Translations under genes and position numbers: made by a program
In this document: in pieces, positions 1 through 8,586 of the stretch
Layout: the number at the start of each line of letters is the position of its first letter
Numbering within the stretch: position 1 is the first letter of the stretch
Source: an uncultured Christensenella sp.
GTDB taxonomy: Bacteria > Bacillota > Clostridia > Christensenellales > UBA1242
Length of the DNA: 64,000 bases
Reading direction: 5' to 3'
Assembly: GCA_964564685.1 (NCBI GenBank)
Contig: CAZMBC010000001.1
Location: forward strand, 162,376 to 226,375
The notes under the pieces: generated by a model
The model's database searches: none
The model's input: the letters and a program-made list of their open reading frames with translations, nothing else
Told to the model about the DNA's origin: nothing

Positions 1-79
1 AGGAAAGAACAGCAATAAACAACGCAACAAAAATGTACAACAATGCAATTTTGCTTAATTTTTTGCTATTTTTATTCAT
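1..79 (-). CDS. 5' end of a CDS that runs off the window; N-terminal signal/TM segment (MNKNSKKLSKIALLYIFVALFIAVLS...)
   Basis: ATG at 79-77 on the minus strand, with AAGGAGG 8 nt upstream. Open to the window edge. Hydrophobic N-terminus. Lies directly downstream of the two TasA-like genes. Confidence 0.35.
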   Translation of the reverse strand, partial: MNKNSKKLSKIALLYIFVALFIAVLS

Positions 80-116
80 AACTTTTTCCTCCTTTTTATC
101 TTTTTATGTTCTTCTG

Positions 117-704
117 TTAGCCTGTATATCCAACTAACGTTTTAAATTCAGTAGGTGCACCCACAATCCAACTTAAATCGTTAATAACCGCATTATATTG
201 TGCCTGTATTGCATGCACTACAAACTTAATTTCCACACCTTTTCCCGCTATATCATTGTTAAAATTATTGGCTGTTTTAAAGCCATTTAAAAAGCTTACA
301 GTTGATCCACTGTTAATCGTACCCAAATAGTAATATTCGTTGGAATTAGTGCCCGAGTTACTCCATAGGGCAGGGTTTGCAACCAGTGGTTCAATATGCC
401 CCTCAAGATTGCTTTCCATTACCACCCTAACATATATATCGCCACTATTTCCGCTATTAGAAATATTTAATTTATACTTTGATGTGCCAGTATAATATTG
501 GTTAGGCAAAACCACATCATCAAAAGCTAATGAATAATCAACACCCACATCTATTTTAGCCAAAACAATGTTCCCGCTAGCGCTTGCGCTTCCGCCAAAA
601 TAAGCCAGCGTAAAATTACAACACAACAACACAACAAAAACTACTGCAATACTAAATGCAGTTATGCTAAATATTTTTCCCCTTTTAGTAGTGTTGTTTG
701 TCAT
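117..704 (-). CDS. TasA/CalY (camelysin)-like secreted protein with a SipW-cognate-type signal peptide
   Basis: 195 aa. N-terminal K/R then TM, then ...NFTLAYFGG, which resembles the xAYFxD motif of SipW-cognate signal peptides. Beta-rich body with ISNSGNSGDIYVRV and the late VHAIQAQYN motif typical of TasA-family proteins. Confidence 0.6.
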   Translation of the reverse strand: MTNNTTKRGKIFSITAFSIAVVFVVLLCCNFTLAYFGGSASASGNIVLAKIDVGVDYSLAFDDVVLPNQYYTGTSKYKLNISNSGNSGDIYVRVVMESNLEGHIEPLVANPALWSNSGTNSNEYYYLGTINSGSTVSFLNGFKTANNFNNDIAGKGVEIKFVVHAIQAQYNAVINDLSWIVGAPTEFKTLVGYTG

Positions 705-771
705 TTTACTTTCCTTTTTTAACTCGTTAAACCATACTCTACAATCTTAAAAAATTGTTGATAAATATTTT

Positions 772-1911
772 CTATACAGGTGTACTGTTCCCCATAATAC
801 GTTCTAACCTATAATAATCAAACCATGTTGTTTCATATTCTCCACCATACACAAAACAATACAATTTAGTTGTACTTTCAGGCTGTTTATCTAACAAACC
901 TGTTTCAATTGTTATATACTCCCAACTATTAGCCTTTGTGACCTTACGAGACTTCGCCCCTTGCAAATTATATCCATTTCCATTAAGTTCACATCTTATA
1001 GCAGCATCTGCCTTATTTTCTGTTGAAGTACTTTTATAGTAGCAAGCAAACCTGTAGTTACACCCTTGCTCCACTTCCTGAGCTCTATATACCCTACCTA
1101 GTTTAGTATCTATGTTAGTAGTGTCAGTAATAAAACTAAACACCTTATTTCCCACAGGGGCATCACCAACAGTAGCTACGCCAAATGTAGTTTCACCTGC
1201 ATTTGCTTGGTTTGAAAAACCCGCAGTATCTCCATCGGCATAAGATTCAAAGTCTGTATCCCATGTAAACAGGTTAAGCCAGTTATCTGGGTAACTTTGC
1301 CAAGGAGCTTTAGAAAGTTCACCAGTGGAATATGGATTGCCTTCATATAGCAAAGCCTCGGCCGAAAGCTGAAGTTTAAATGTTTTATTTGCGCCCTCTT
1401 CTGTTGGGATTATGTTAGTAAAAAGGCGAACAAAAGTATTAGGTTCAATTGCGCCGTTTACAAAAAGATATCCGCTGTAGGTGTTTGGCAAGTGATCGTG
1501 CGTAAGAATATAATTGCCATATGTAACTGACGAGATGTGTTTTGTAGTAGCAATTTCCTTAACACCCTCATCCACATAAATAGTGTAAAACACACGTACC
1601 AGCACGCGAGCAGCGGCATTTTGAAGCTCATCCTCGGCATAACTGGTGTTTTTAATGTGAATATTTAGTGATGTGGTGTTGCCACTATCACCCGTTGTAA
1701 AGGGATATGCGCTAGTAAGCAATGTTGTGCCGTTATAAAACTCCACAGTAGGATTTGGAATAGACGCCGTGCCATCAGTTTGGGCAGAACTATTTACGGT
1801 GGTTAGCCAACTGGATGTCATGGGCAAAAATGCACACGCAAAAAGAAGTATTGCGGTTAAGCAATACACAAAAGCGACTTTAATGCCTTTATTTGCGTAA
1901 TGTTTTTCCAA
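772..1911 (-). CDS. Secreted two-domain protein: TasA-like N-terminal half plus a carbohydrate-binding-module-like (jelly-roll) C-terminal half
   Basis: 379 aa. Signal anchor followed by SSWLTT (an AYFTD-like position). IHIKNTSY...RVLVRVFY and LQLSAEALLYEGN parallel the neighbouring TasA-like protein. The C-terminal ~150 aa (GCNYRFACYYKS...WEYITIE...LYCFVYGG) looks CBM-like. Confidence 0.45.
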   Translation of the reverse strand: MEKHYANKGIKVAFVYCLTAILLFACAFLPMTSSWLTTVNSSAQTDGTASIPNPTVEFYNGTTLLTSAYPFTTGDSGNTTSLNIHIKNTSYAEDELQNAAARVLVRVFYTIYVDEGVKEIATTKHISSVTYGNYILTHDHLPNTYSGYLFVNGAIEPNTFVRLFTNIIPTEEGANKTFKLQLSAEALLYEGNPYSTGELSKAPWQSYPDNWLNLFTWDTDFESYADGDTAGFSNQANAGETTFGVATVGDAPVGNKVFSFITDTTNIDTKLGRVYRAQEVEQGCNYRFACYYKSTSTENKADAAIRCELNGNGYNLQGAKSRKVTKANSWEYITIETGLLDKQPESTTKLYCFVYGGEYETTWFDYYRLERIMGNSTPV

Positions 1912-2066
1912 TTTTCTTTTCCTTTTTTTCTTTTACATTTTACATTTTTTGTTTTTTTTTGTAAAGCGATATGCACACATATAATATATTTTATTTTATA
2001 ATTGCGTGCGTGCGCATTATTAGCAGTTAGTTTTAATATTTGCAAAAGCGTGGGTTTTATGTGGTT

Positions 2067-2100
2067 AAAAAAACGCCGCTAATGTTTTAATTAGCGGTGT
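2067..2100 (-). terminator. Rho-independent terminator after the MFS gene
   Basis: Minus-strand hairpin ACACCGCTAAT-loop-ATTAGCGGCGT followed by a U-run (A7 on the plus strand at 2067-2073). Confidence 0.6.
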
Positions 2101-2107
2101 TATGCGT

Positions 2108-3358
2108 CTATTTTTTGCGTGTGTTTTTTGATTGACGATTTTTTGAGCGGGCGCGTATTTCGTTATATTGTAGGTAATCCACTAACAATCTACGACTTTT
2201 TTCTTCGTGATATGGAATAAGTGCTGCCGAGGCCACAAGTGTAAGCATAATAACTGCAAAGCATGGCAGGATTGTGCCAAACACGCCCATTATACTTGCA
2301 CCCAAAACCGATAGATTGCTACTTTGTTCCCTAACATAAAGAGCACTGTTGCTGTTTCCTAATATGCGGGATTTTGAAAGCAGACGTTGTAAGTTAAATA
2401 AGCATATTGGTGCGTACGCAAATCCCAACCACGCAAATGCTACATAGGTTAGCCATGTTATGGGTAAAAAGCTTATTAGTCCCACAAGCACGGCGCATAG
2501 CACGCATGATACAATAACATCCGTTTGTATATCGCGCTTTTCAGCAACTTTTCCATAAACAAGGTTTCCTACGCCGTATGTAACATTGTAAATTGCGTTC
2601 ATAATACCCGTTATGGCATAAGAGCCCTTAATTGCAAATAAATGCATGTTAAACAAACTAGCAAATCCGTCTAAAAAGCAATATACAAAATATGTTGTGC
2701 CGTAAATTACAAGCAGTTTTTTAGAAAGCACTTTTCCGTAGTTAAAGCGATTTTCGTCCTTCTGAAAAGTTATGCTAGCATTCGAAATAGCGTCCTTATT
2801 AAAGGTTTTATCCTCACGGCACTTAATGTAATACATTACTAGTGGAACAACAGATATCGAGTAAATTACAATTGAAATTGCAACCGTTAAAACTTTACTT
2901 GTTTGTAACAAATATCCACCTACTATAAATGAAATAAATATTCCCACTTGCTCTATTAATCGAGAAAAACCTAACGAGCCCTCATTGTCTTCAGAAAGAG
3001 AGGAATAATTTAGTATAAATTCGGTAGGCAGTTTAAACGCGTTACTCATGCCTAAAAACAGCACAACTCCTACTACCCCCAACCATAAGTTGTGTTCAAT
3101 TAGTATTACGCAAATATTATAAAGCAAAATTGGTATTATCCTAATAACCAACATTATTTGAGGTTTGGATTGTATTGGTTTGCCGAATAAATACACAAAA
3201 GTCATGCGCACTATATATTGAGCAATGTACGCCAACACACCATACAGCAAGCTTCCTGTTGCTTCAAATACAATTACAGGAACAAATGCACCCACCAAAT
3301 TTGTGGCTATATTTGAAAGCAATTTGTGAATGTTTAGTAGTTTAAGTTGCATAAACAA
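2108..3358 (-). CDS. MFS-type transporter (about 12 TM)
   Basis: 416 aa and highly hydrophobic, with two six-helix halves separated by a charged loop (CREDKTFNKD...). Basic C-terminal tail. Confidence 0.55.
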   Translation of the reverse strand: MFMQLKLLNIHKLLSNIATNLVGAFVPVIVFEATGSLLYGVLAYIAQYIVRMTFVYLFGKPIQSKPQIMLVIRIIPILLYNICVILIEHNLWLGVVGVVLFLGMSNAFKLPTEFILNYSSLSEDNEGSLGFSRLIEQVGIFISFIVGGYLLQTSKVLTVAISIVIYSISVVPLVMYYIKCREDKTFNKDAISNASITFQKDENRFNYGKVLSKKLLVIYGTTYFVYCFLDGFASLFNMHLFAIKGSYAITGIMNAIYNVTYGVGNLVYGKVAEKRDIQTDVIVSCVLCAVLVGLISFLPITWLTYVAFAWLGFAYAPICLFNLQRLLSKSRILGNSNSALYVREQSSNLSVLGASIMGVFGTILPCFAVIMLTLVASAALIPYHEEKSRRLLVDYLQYNEIRARSKNRQSKNTRKK

Positions 3359-3461
3359 TTTTTTTCCTTATTTTTTTCAACAATAATTATATCCATTCAC
3401 ATAATTTTTTCAAAATAAATAAACTTATTTTAGCAAAGTTGTTGCAATATTGCCATAAATA

Positions 3462-3561
3462 CAAAAAAAAAGAGGTTTTGGGTAAACCTCTCTGCTACCA
3501 GTATATGTGTATGTATAAAGGTAGATGAAAAATGGAAAAACATTTTAATAATATAAAATGC
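3462..3561 (-). ncRNA. Candidate ~100-nt small RNA (or independently promoted 3'-UTR RNA)
   Basis: Minus-strand consensus promoter: TTGACA (3596-3591), 17-nt spacer, TATAAT (3573-3568). It is followed about 100 nt later by a strong terminator (AGAGGTTT-loop-AAACCTCT plus U9, 3462-3493). No SD-preceded ORF lies between them. Confidence 0.3.
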
Positions 3562-3567
3562 ATTATC

Positions 3568-3596
3568 ATTATATGGCATTAAATAAGCTTTGTCAA
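3568..3596 (-). promoter_or_regulatory. Consensus sigma-A-type promoter (TTGACA-17-TATAAT) with no downstream CDS
   Basis: The plus strand reads tgtcaa at 3591-3596 and attata at 3568-3573, with exactly 17 nt between. Confidence 0.5.
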
Positions 3597-3659
3597 TACC
3601 CAATTTTAAAAAAAAACTAATTTTTGGCCACTTTTTGCGCTTTTTTGTAGGTTTTGCAA

Positions 3660-4580
3660 TTATTCGCACAAATTTTTTAGCATATTTTCAACCACGGTAT
3701 TATTTAGTAGCGTAATTTTTGTACCGTTGCTCATAACCACAAGTGCGGTGCCTTTTATTTGCACATCAGTATATTTTGCGTATTTTATTTTAACCATTAT
3801 TTTGTTTTTGTCCCAGTAGGCTATTTCACAACTTAACTCTTTTGCATTACTATCGCGCATTATAATTTTAGGATTGTAAAACCCCTCGCCATGAATTATA
3901 ATGGTGTTTTTGTATTTCTTTGTTATACCATATATTTGCAACTTTTGTGAAGGCAAAACACTTTGCATGTTTTGCTTTAGTTGTAACTGATTTACAATTT
4001 CAACTTTGGTGTTACTTTCGATATTTTCCCTTATAATTGCGTTATCACAAATGTTAACATTTTCGCCGACATGTATTTTTCCGCAAATAATAACATTGTT
4101 ACCAATTGTACAGTTATTGTCAATTATTGTATAGTTTGTGACATTTTTATTATTAATATCGTCATTAATATGTATATTGCTATTTAAAATACAGTTTTGT
4201 TTAATTGTCACATTTTCGCCAATTTCGTATAGAACTCCTTTAAAAACCACCCCACAGCCAATATATGATTTTGGATGGATATATCCGTAGTAGTTATTTA
4301 AACAGTAATTTTTAAAGTGTATTAAAAAGCGCAAGTATTCTTGTTGAGTTAATGGCAGTGTTTTTATAATTTCACATGCCAATCGATATAATGTTAGCAC
4401 ATTAAGCCCTGCACTAGGATGAGTAAGTGTTGCGCCATGTTTTCTATACTCACACTCATCAAGCAAAAGTTCGTTAAAAACTTTTTCGCAAATTACTTGT
4501 TTTTGCTCGTCATATTTTACGCCCAAAAACTGGGTGTAATAATTTAAAAGTGTAGTTTTTGTAATTTCAATTAATAACAT
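3660..4580 (-). CDS. Hexapeptide-repeat (left-handed beta-helix) acyltransferase-like protein with a serine-acetyltransferase-like N-terminal helical region and an extra C-terminal domain
   Basis: 306 aa. IHPKSYIGCGVVFKGVLYEIGENVTIKQNCIL... plus further [LIV]-G-x4 repeats. The helical N-terminus resembles SATase_N. The last ~100 aa are beta-rich and unassigned. Confidence 0.45.
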   Translation of the reverse strand: MLLIEITKTTLLNYYTQFLGVKYDEQKQVICEKVFNELLLDECEYRKHGATLTHPSAGLNVLTLYRLACEIIKTLPLTQQEYLRFLIHFKNYCLNNYYGYIHPKSYIGCGVVFKGVLYEIGENVTIKQNCILNSNIHINDDINNKNVTNYTIIDNNCTIGNNVIICGKIHVGENVNICDNAIIRENIESNTKVEIVNQLQLKQNMQSVLPSQKLQIYGITKKYKNTIIIHGEGFYNPKIIMRDSNAKELSCEIAYWDKNKIMVKIKYAKYTDVQIKGTALVVMSNGTKITLLNNTVVENMLKNLCE

Positions 4581-4623
4581 TTTAACCTCTTTATAGTTAT
4601 ATTCAAAAAAGTAAAAATTGGTT

Positions 4624-4654
4624 AAAAAAAATGAGGCATGGTTTCTGCCTCATT
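4624..4654 (-). terminator. Rho-independent terminator after pheT
   Basis: Hairpin AATGAGGCA-loop-TGCCTCATT with an A/T run on the appropriate side. Confidence 0.6.
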
Positions 4655-4658
4655 AAAA

Positions 4659-7025
4659 TTATACTTCTTTTAACATAATGTTGTTTTTAGCAAAAGTATC
4701 TATTACTGTTTTGTGGAAAGTTTCAATCTCCTCTCCAATAAGAGTTTTTTCATACGAGAACACTTCGTAGCGTAGCGTATAGCTTTTGCTTTCACCGTTA
4801 TCGTAAATATCCAACAAACTAACATTGTAGTTTAAGCTGGTTTTTATGCTATGTGCAATCTCGTTTATATGGCTGTATAGCCCGTTACTTGCAACAACAA
4901 AGTTAAAGTCAAGTGTTGTTTTTGGAAATTTTGAAACCTTTTCAAACTTGTTAATTTTGGTTTGTGCATTTATTATTTTATTAAAATCCAACTCGCATAC
5001 AACACATTCGCACTTTTTATCAATACAAGCTTTTGTTGTAGGATGAAGTGGTGATACAAAACCAATCTCCTTATCTTCCAAAACAACCGCATAGTTGTTT
5101 ACGGGACTTAAGTACGACTCGCTTGGGTTTTCGTTAAGTTTGTATTCAACATTAAGCAAGCATACATTTTCTAAAACATAATCCACAATATCTTTTAGTT
5201 TTAGCAATAACTGCTCGTAAGTTTTCTTTTTGCTGTATAGCACAATACCTAGCGACTTATTTTCCACCGCTTGATTGTTTTCATCCAAGTGTTTTATTGT
5301 TCTGCCAATTTCAAAAGTGCCAATCTCGTTTAGTTCGTTTTTATTGTCTAGCACAACTTTTAGCAAAGACGGAATCATAGTAGAACGCAATTTGTCGTTT
5401 TCTTTATTAATTGCGTTTATCACCCTTATACAACTATAAGGATTAATGTTTAGCTTTTTATTACTTTCGCTATCGTACCACAAATAGCTGTGTGTTTCAT
5501 TTAAATCAAATTTGCTAGCAAGGCAATATTTAATATCATAGTCAAGGCGTATGTTTTTATCCAACACTCTTGGCTCCAAAACCTGTTGTGGCGCTGTTGG
5601 AACAATATTATCGTAGCCGTAAATTCTTCCTATTTCTTCAATTATATCCTGCTTTCCAGTTATATCCTTTGTTGCTCTAAATGAAGGAATTGCAATTTTA
5701 TAAACACTATTTTTGTTTTCTATAACCTTTAGTTCCAAACTTTCTAGTATGTTAAGTATTTTTGCCTCTGGAATAACATTTCCAATCATGTTATCAATGT
5801 ATTCCTTTGAAATTTCAACATTAATTTGCGGATAATGATAGTTATACACATCACTTATTCCACTTGTTATACAAGCGTTGCTATCGTACTTGGTTATTAG
5901 GTATATATAACGCAACAAACAAGTCATTGTAAGATTTGGGTCAAGCATCTTTTCATAGCGCGCACTTGCCTCGCTTCGTAGGCCAAGTGCAAGGCTTGTT
6001 TTACGAACATTTATGCCGTTAAAGCAAGCGCTTTCTATTAGCACGCTTGTGGTATTAGGTAATATTTCACTATCCAAGCCACCCATAATACCCGCAACCG
6101 CCACCGTTTCGTTTTGGTTTTTAATTACTATTGTATCAGGCGGAAGGATTCTTTCTACTCCATCCAAAGTGGTGAACTTTTCTTCGCTTTTAAGTTGTTC
6201 GACATTTATACTTTTAACATAATTGTTATCAAACGCATGCATTGGTTGACCCAACTCCAGCATAACATAGTTGGTTACATCCGCCAAAAAATTAATTGGG
6301 CGCATGCCCACATAGTAAAGGCGAATTTGCATATCAACTGGCGATACTTTTCTTGTAACATTATCCATAGTTGCGCTGGTGTATCTGTAACATTCAGGCG
6401 TGTTTACAATAACGCTTGGTGCTTTGCCTGTTATTTGCTTTTCGTAAACATCAACCGCTTTTAGTTTGCGGTTTGTAATTGCAGCAATTTCTCTAGCAAT
6501 TCCATAGTGCCCCCACATGTCTGGACGGTTGGTTAATGACTTATTATCCACCTCAAAAATAACGTCCTCTACACCAAACAATTCCTTAATATCCTTGCCG
6601 ATTGGTGTATTGTTTGGAAGTTCCATAAGCCCGCTATTATCGTCAGTTAATCCTAATTCTTTTGCACTACAGCACATTCCGTTGCTTTTGTAGCCACCAA
6701 CAACCGCAGAAGCTATTGTTACATCTCCAATCTTTGCACCTATTTGCGCAAAGGGAATAATTAAACCTTCACGAACATTTGGCGCACCGCAAACTACATC
6801 AATGTTTTCCTTGCCATCAAACACCTTTAATAGGTGTAATTTTTTACTGTTTGGGTGGTCTTCTACACTTACAATCTTTCCGGAAACAACACCCGAAATT
6901 TGTTTACCCTTGTATTCCACACCCTCAATTTCGGCACAAGAAAGGGTAAATTTATTTAATAAATCTTCAACTTCAATGCCGTCTAAATTAACATATTCTT
7001 TAATCCAATTTAACGATATAAACAT
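4659..7025 (-). CDS. pheT: Phenylalanine--tRNA ligase beta subunit
   Basis: 788 aa. N-terminal MFISLNWIKEYV..., tRNA-binding, B3/4, B5 and FDX-ACB-like architecture. Lies immediately downstream of pheS. Confidence 0.95.
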   Translation of the reverse strand: MFISLNWIKEYVNLDGIEVEDLLNKFTLSCAEIEGVEYKGKQISGVVSGKIVSVEDHPNSKKLHLLKVFDGKENIDVVCGAPNVREGLIIPFAQIGAKIGDVTIASAVVGGYKSNGMCCSAKELGLTDDNSGLMELPNNTPIGKDIKELFGVEDVIFEVDNKSLTNRPDMWGHYGIAREIAAITNRKLKAVDVYEKQITGKAPSVIVNTPECYRYTSATMDNVTRKVSPVDMQIRLYYVGMRPINFLADVTNYVMLELGQPMHAFDNNYVKSINVEQLKSEEKFTTLDGVERILPPDTIVIKNQNETVAVAGIMGGLDSEILPNTTSVLIESACFNGINVRKTSLALGLRSEASARYEKMLDPNLTMTCLLRYIYLITKYDSNACITSGISDVYNYHYPQINVEISKEYIDNMIGNVIPEAKILNILESLELKVIENKNSVYKIAIPSFRATKDITGKQDIIEEIGRIYGYDNIVPTAPQQVLEPRVLDKNIRLDYDIKYCLASKFDLNETHSYLWYDSESNKKLNINPYSCIRVINAINKENDKLRSTMIPSLLKVVLDNKNELNEIGTFEIGRTIKHLDENNQAVENKSLGIVLYSKKKTYEQLLLKLKDIVDYVLENVCLLNVEYKLNENPSESYLSPVNNYAVVLEDKEIGFVSPLHPTTKACIDKKCECVVCELDFNKIINAQTKINKFEKVSKFPKTTLDFNFVVASNGLYSHINEIAHSIKTSLNYNVSLLDIYDNGESKSYTLRYEVFSYEKTLIGEEIETFHKTVIDTFAKNNIMLKEV

Positions 7026-7037
7026 CTCAATCCCCTT

Positions 7038-8066
7038 CTACTTGATTTTTGCCTGATTTAGTTCTTTAATTTTTCCGCTGTTTAACACGCGTATATCGCT
7101 TATGCCATAATCCAACATAACAAGGCGAGTAAATCCCAATCCAAACGCAAAACCCGTGTATTCTTCCGGATCAATTCCACCCATTTTTAGCACATTAGGG
7201 TGAATCATTCCACAAGGACAAAGTTCTATCCAACCGCCTTGCTTGCAAGTTTTGCAACCCTTTCCATCACAGAACGGACACGAGCAGTCAAGTTCAAAGC
7301 CCGGCTCTACAAACGGGAAAAATCCCGGACGCAAACGCACTTGCATTTCCTTGCCAAAAACCTGCGAAAGCATTGTTTTCATAAAGTAAATAAGATTGCT
7401 TGTAGAAACATTTTTATCTATCATCATGCCTTCAAGTTGGAAAAATGTGTTTTCGTGGCTAGCATCCAATTCTTCGTTTCTAAAGCATCTGCCAGGAAAA
7501 ATTGCCTTTAGTGGCGCACCATACTTTTTCATTATGCGGTTTTGATTTGCAGAGGTGTGAGTTTTTAACAGCTGTCCATTATCCAAGTAAAATGTATCTT
7601 GCATATCACGAGCGGGGTGATGTTTTGGAATATTAACCGCTTCAAAATTGTTATATTCAGTTTCTACCTCAAATCCATCTGCAACAGCAAAACCCATGCT
7701 TTCAAACACCTCAATAACCTTTTGTTGAATAATGCTAATTGGGTGCAAACTGCCACATTTACAACGGTTTGGCGTAGTTAAATCCACAAGTTTTGTGTTG
7801 TTAAGCGCATTTTGCACTTCTTTTTCTTCTAATTCTACTTTTTTAGAAGTTAGCAGTTCCTCAACCATTGTTTTAAGCGCATTAACACCCTCGCCATACG
7901 CCTTTTTTTGGTCGTTAGGAAGTTCTTTAATAAGCTTCATAGAGTTTGTAATTTCGCCGTTTTTGCCCAGGTACTTAACTCGTAATTCGTTTAATGTGTT
8001 TTCACACTCCACTTGCTCAAGTTCCTGTTTAAATGCGTTTAAAATGTTTTGTAAATTTTCTTGCAT
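7038..8066 (-). CDS. pheS: Phenylalanine--tRNA ligase alpha subunit
   Basis: 342 aa. Class II motifs (HPARDMQDTFY, FPGRCFRNE, GFAFGLGFTRL). Carries a Cys-rich insert, CSCPFCDGKGCKTCK. Confidence 0.95.
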   Translation of the reverse strand: MQENLQNILNAFKQELEQVECENTLNELRVKYLGKNGEITNSMKLIKELPNDQKKAYGEGVNALKTMVEELLTSKKVELEEKEVQNALNNTKLVDLTTPNRCKCGSLHPISIIQQKVIEVFESMGFAVADGFEVETEYNNFEAVNIPKHHPARDMQDTFYLDNGQLLKTHTSANQNRIMKKYGAPLKAIFPGRCFRNEELDASHENTFFQLEGMMIDKNVSTSNLIYFMKTMLSQVFGKEMQVRLRPGFFPFVEPGFELDCSCPFCDGKGCKTCKQGGWIELCPCGMIHPNVLKMGGIDPEEYTGFAFGLGFTRLVMLDYGISDIRVLNSGKIKELNQAKIK

Positions 8067-8074
8067 AAATCCTC

Positions 8075-8306
8075 CTTAAAAACAAAAAAAATCCCTTTCG
8101 CAAGGGACGAATTTATCGTGGTACCACCCTATTTACTTCTTAATTAGTTTTGTACGGCAACTGCAAGCCGTCCTTGCTTTGCACAAGGCTACTCCTGTGG
8201 TGAAATTCATTTTACGGCGTTACCTGCAAAACTTTCAGCGCATCATCTTGCTCTCTTTAAAGAATACCAAAAACTACTTATCCACAATCAATGTATTTTA
8301 TTTAAC
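8075..8306 (-). promoter_or_regulatory. T-box leader (Phe specifier UUC) controlling pheST
   Basis: The minus strand carries AGAGA (GA motif) and a specifier-loop UUC followed by A. It also has the T-box sequence AATAGGGTGGTACCACG (plus 8117-8133) and the terminator TCCCTTGCGAAAGGGA plus U8 (8083-8108). Putative promoter TTGACA (8342-8337), 17 nt, TAAACT (8319-8314). Confidence 0.85.
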
Positions 8307-8365
8307 TTGCATAAGTTTATCACCATAGCGCTTAATTGTCAAGTTTATCACACAAAAAAAAGAAA

Positions 8366-8398
8366 AACCGCAAATAAGTATAAATTGCGGTTTTCTTT
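8366..8398. terminator. Orphan bidirectional intrinsic terminator between the pheS promoter and the Cys-rich peptide gene
   Basis: AAAACCGCAA-loop-TTGCGGTTTT, flanked by an A-run upstream and TTTTCTTT downstream. On the minus strand it is followed by UUUUUCUUUUUUUU. Confidence 0.5.
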
Positions 8399-8586
8399 CG
8401 GGTAGGAATAAATCCTAAAACCCATGTTTTAGGAAAGCATTTTGCCTTCCTAAGTTTACTATTTGCAGAAACAAAAATATTATTCATAAAATATTAATTT
8501 TTTTTATCCGATATTTGTAACCAACCCAACCTAAAAAAAATAAAATATAATAGGTGCACCAAAATTTATTTTTAAGAGGTAATAAT

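Noticed and set aside
1952-1960. T9 homopolymer (A9 on the coding strand) about 45 nt upstream of the TasA-CBM gene, as a possible phase-variation tract.
   Set aside because: Homopolymers of 7-9 nt are common throughout these AT-rich spacers. This one is not within a coding region or between recognisable -35 and -10 elements, so there is no specific support.
3430-3669. 79-aa minus-strand ORF in the spacer after the hexapeptide-repeat gene.
   Set aside because: It has no SD. It reads through a consensus promoter and through the terminator stem. The region is better explained as a promoter, short RNA and terminator unit, reported above as a candidate sRNA.
4846-8079. Plus-strand ORFs (4846..5046, 6013..6464, 6802..7056, 7200..7511, 7599..8079) inside pheT/pheS.
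   Set aside because: They are antisense to two unambiguous aminoacyl-tRNA synthetase genes. They have no RBS and low-complexity, unprotein-like sequences, as expected for shadow ORFs.
8278-8286. Perfect DnaA-box 9-mer TTATCCACA.
   Set aside because: It is a single copy inside the pheS T-box leader. One hit in 128 kb of two-strand AT-rich sequence is expected by chance. There is no cluster, no AT-rich unwinding element and no dnaA/dnaN context.
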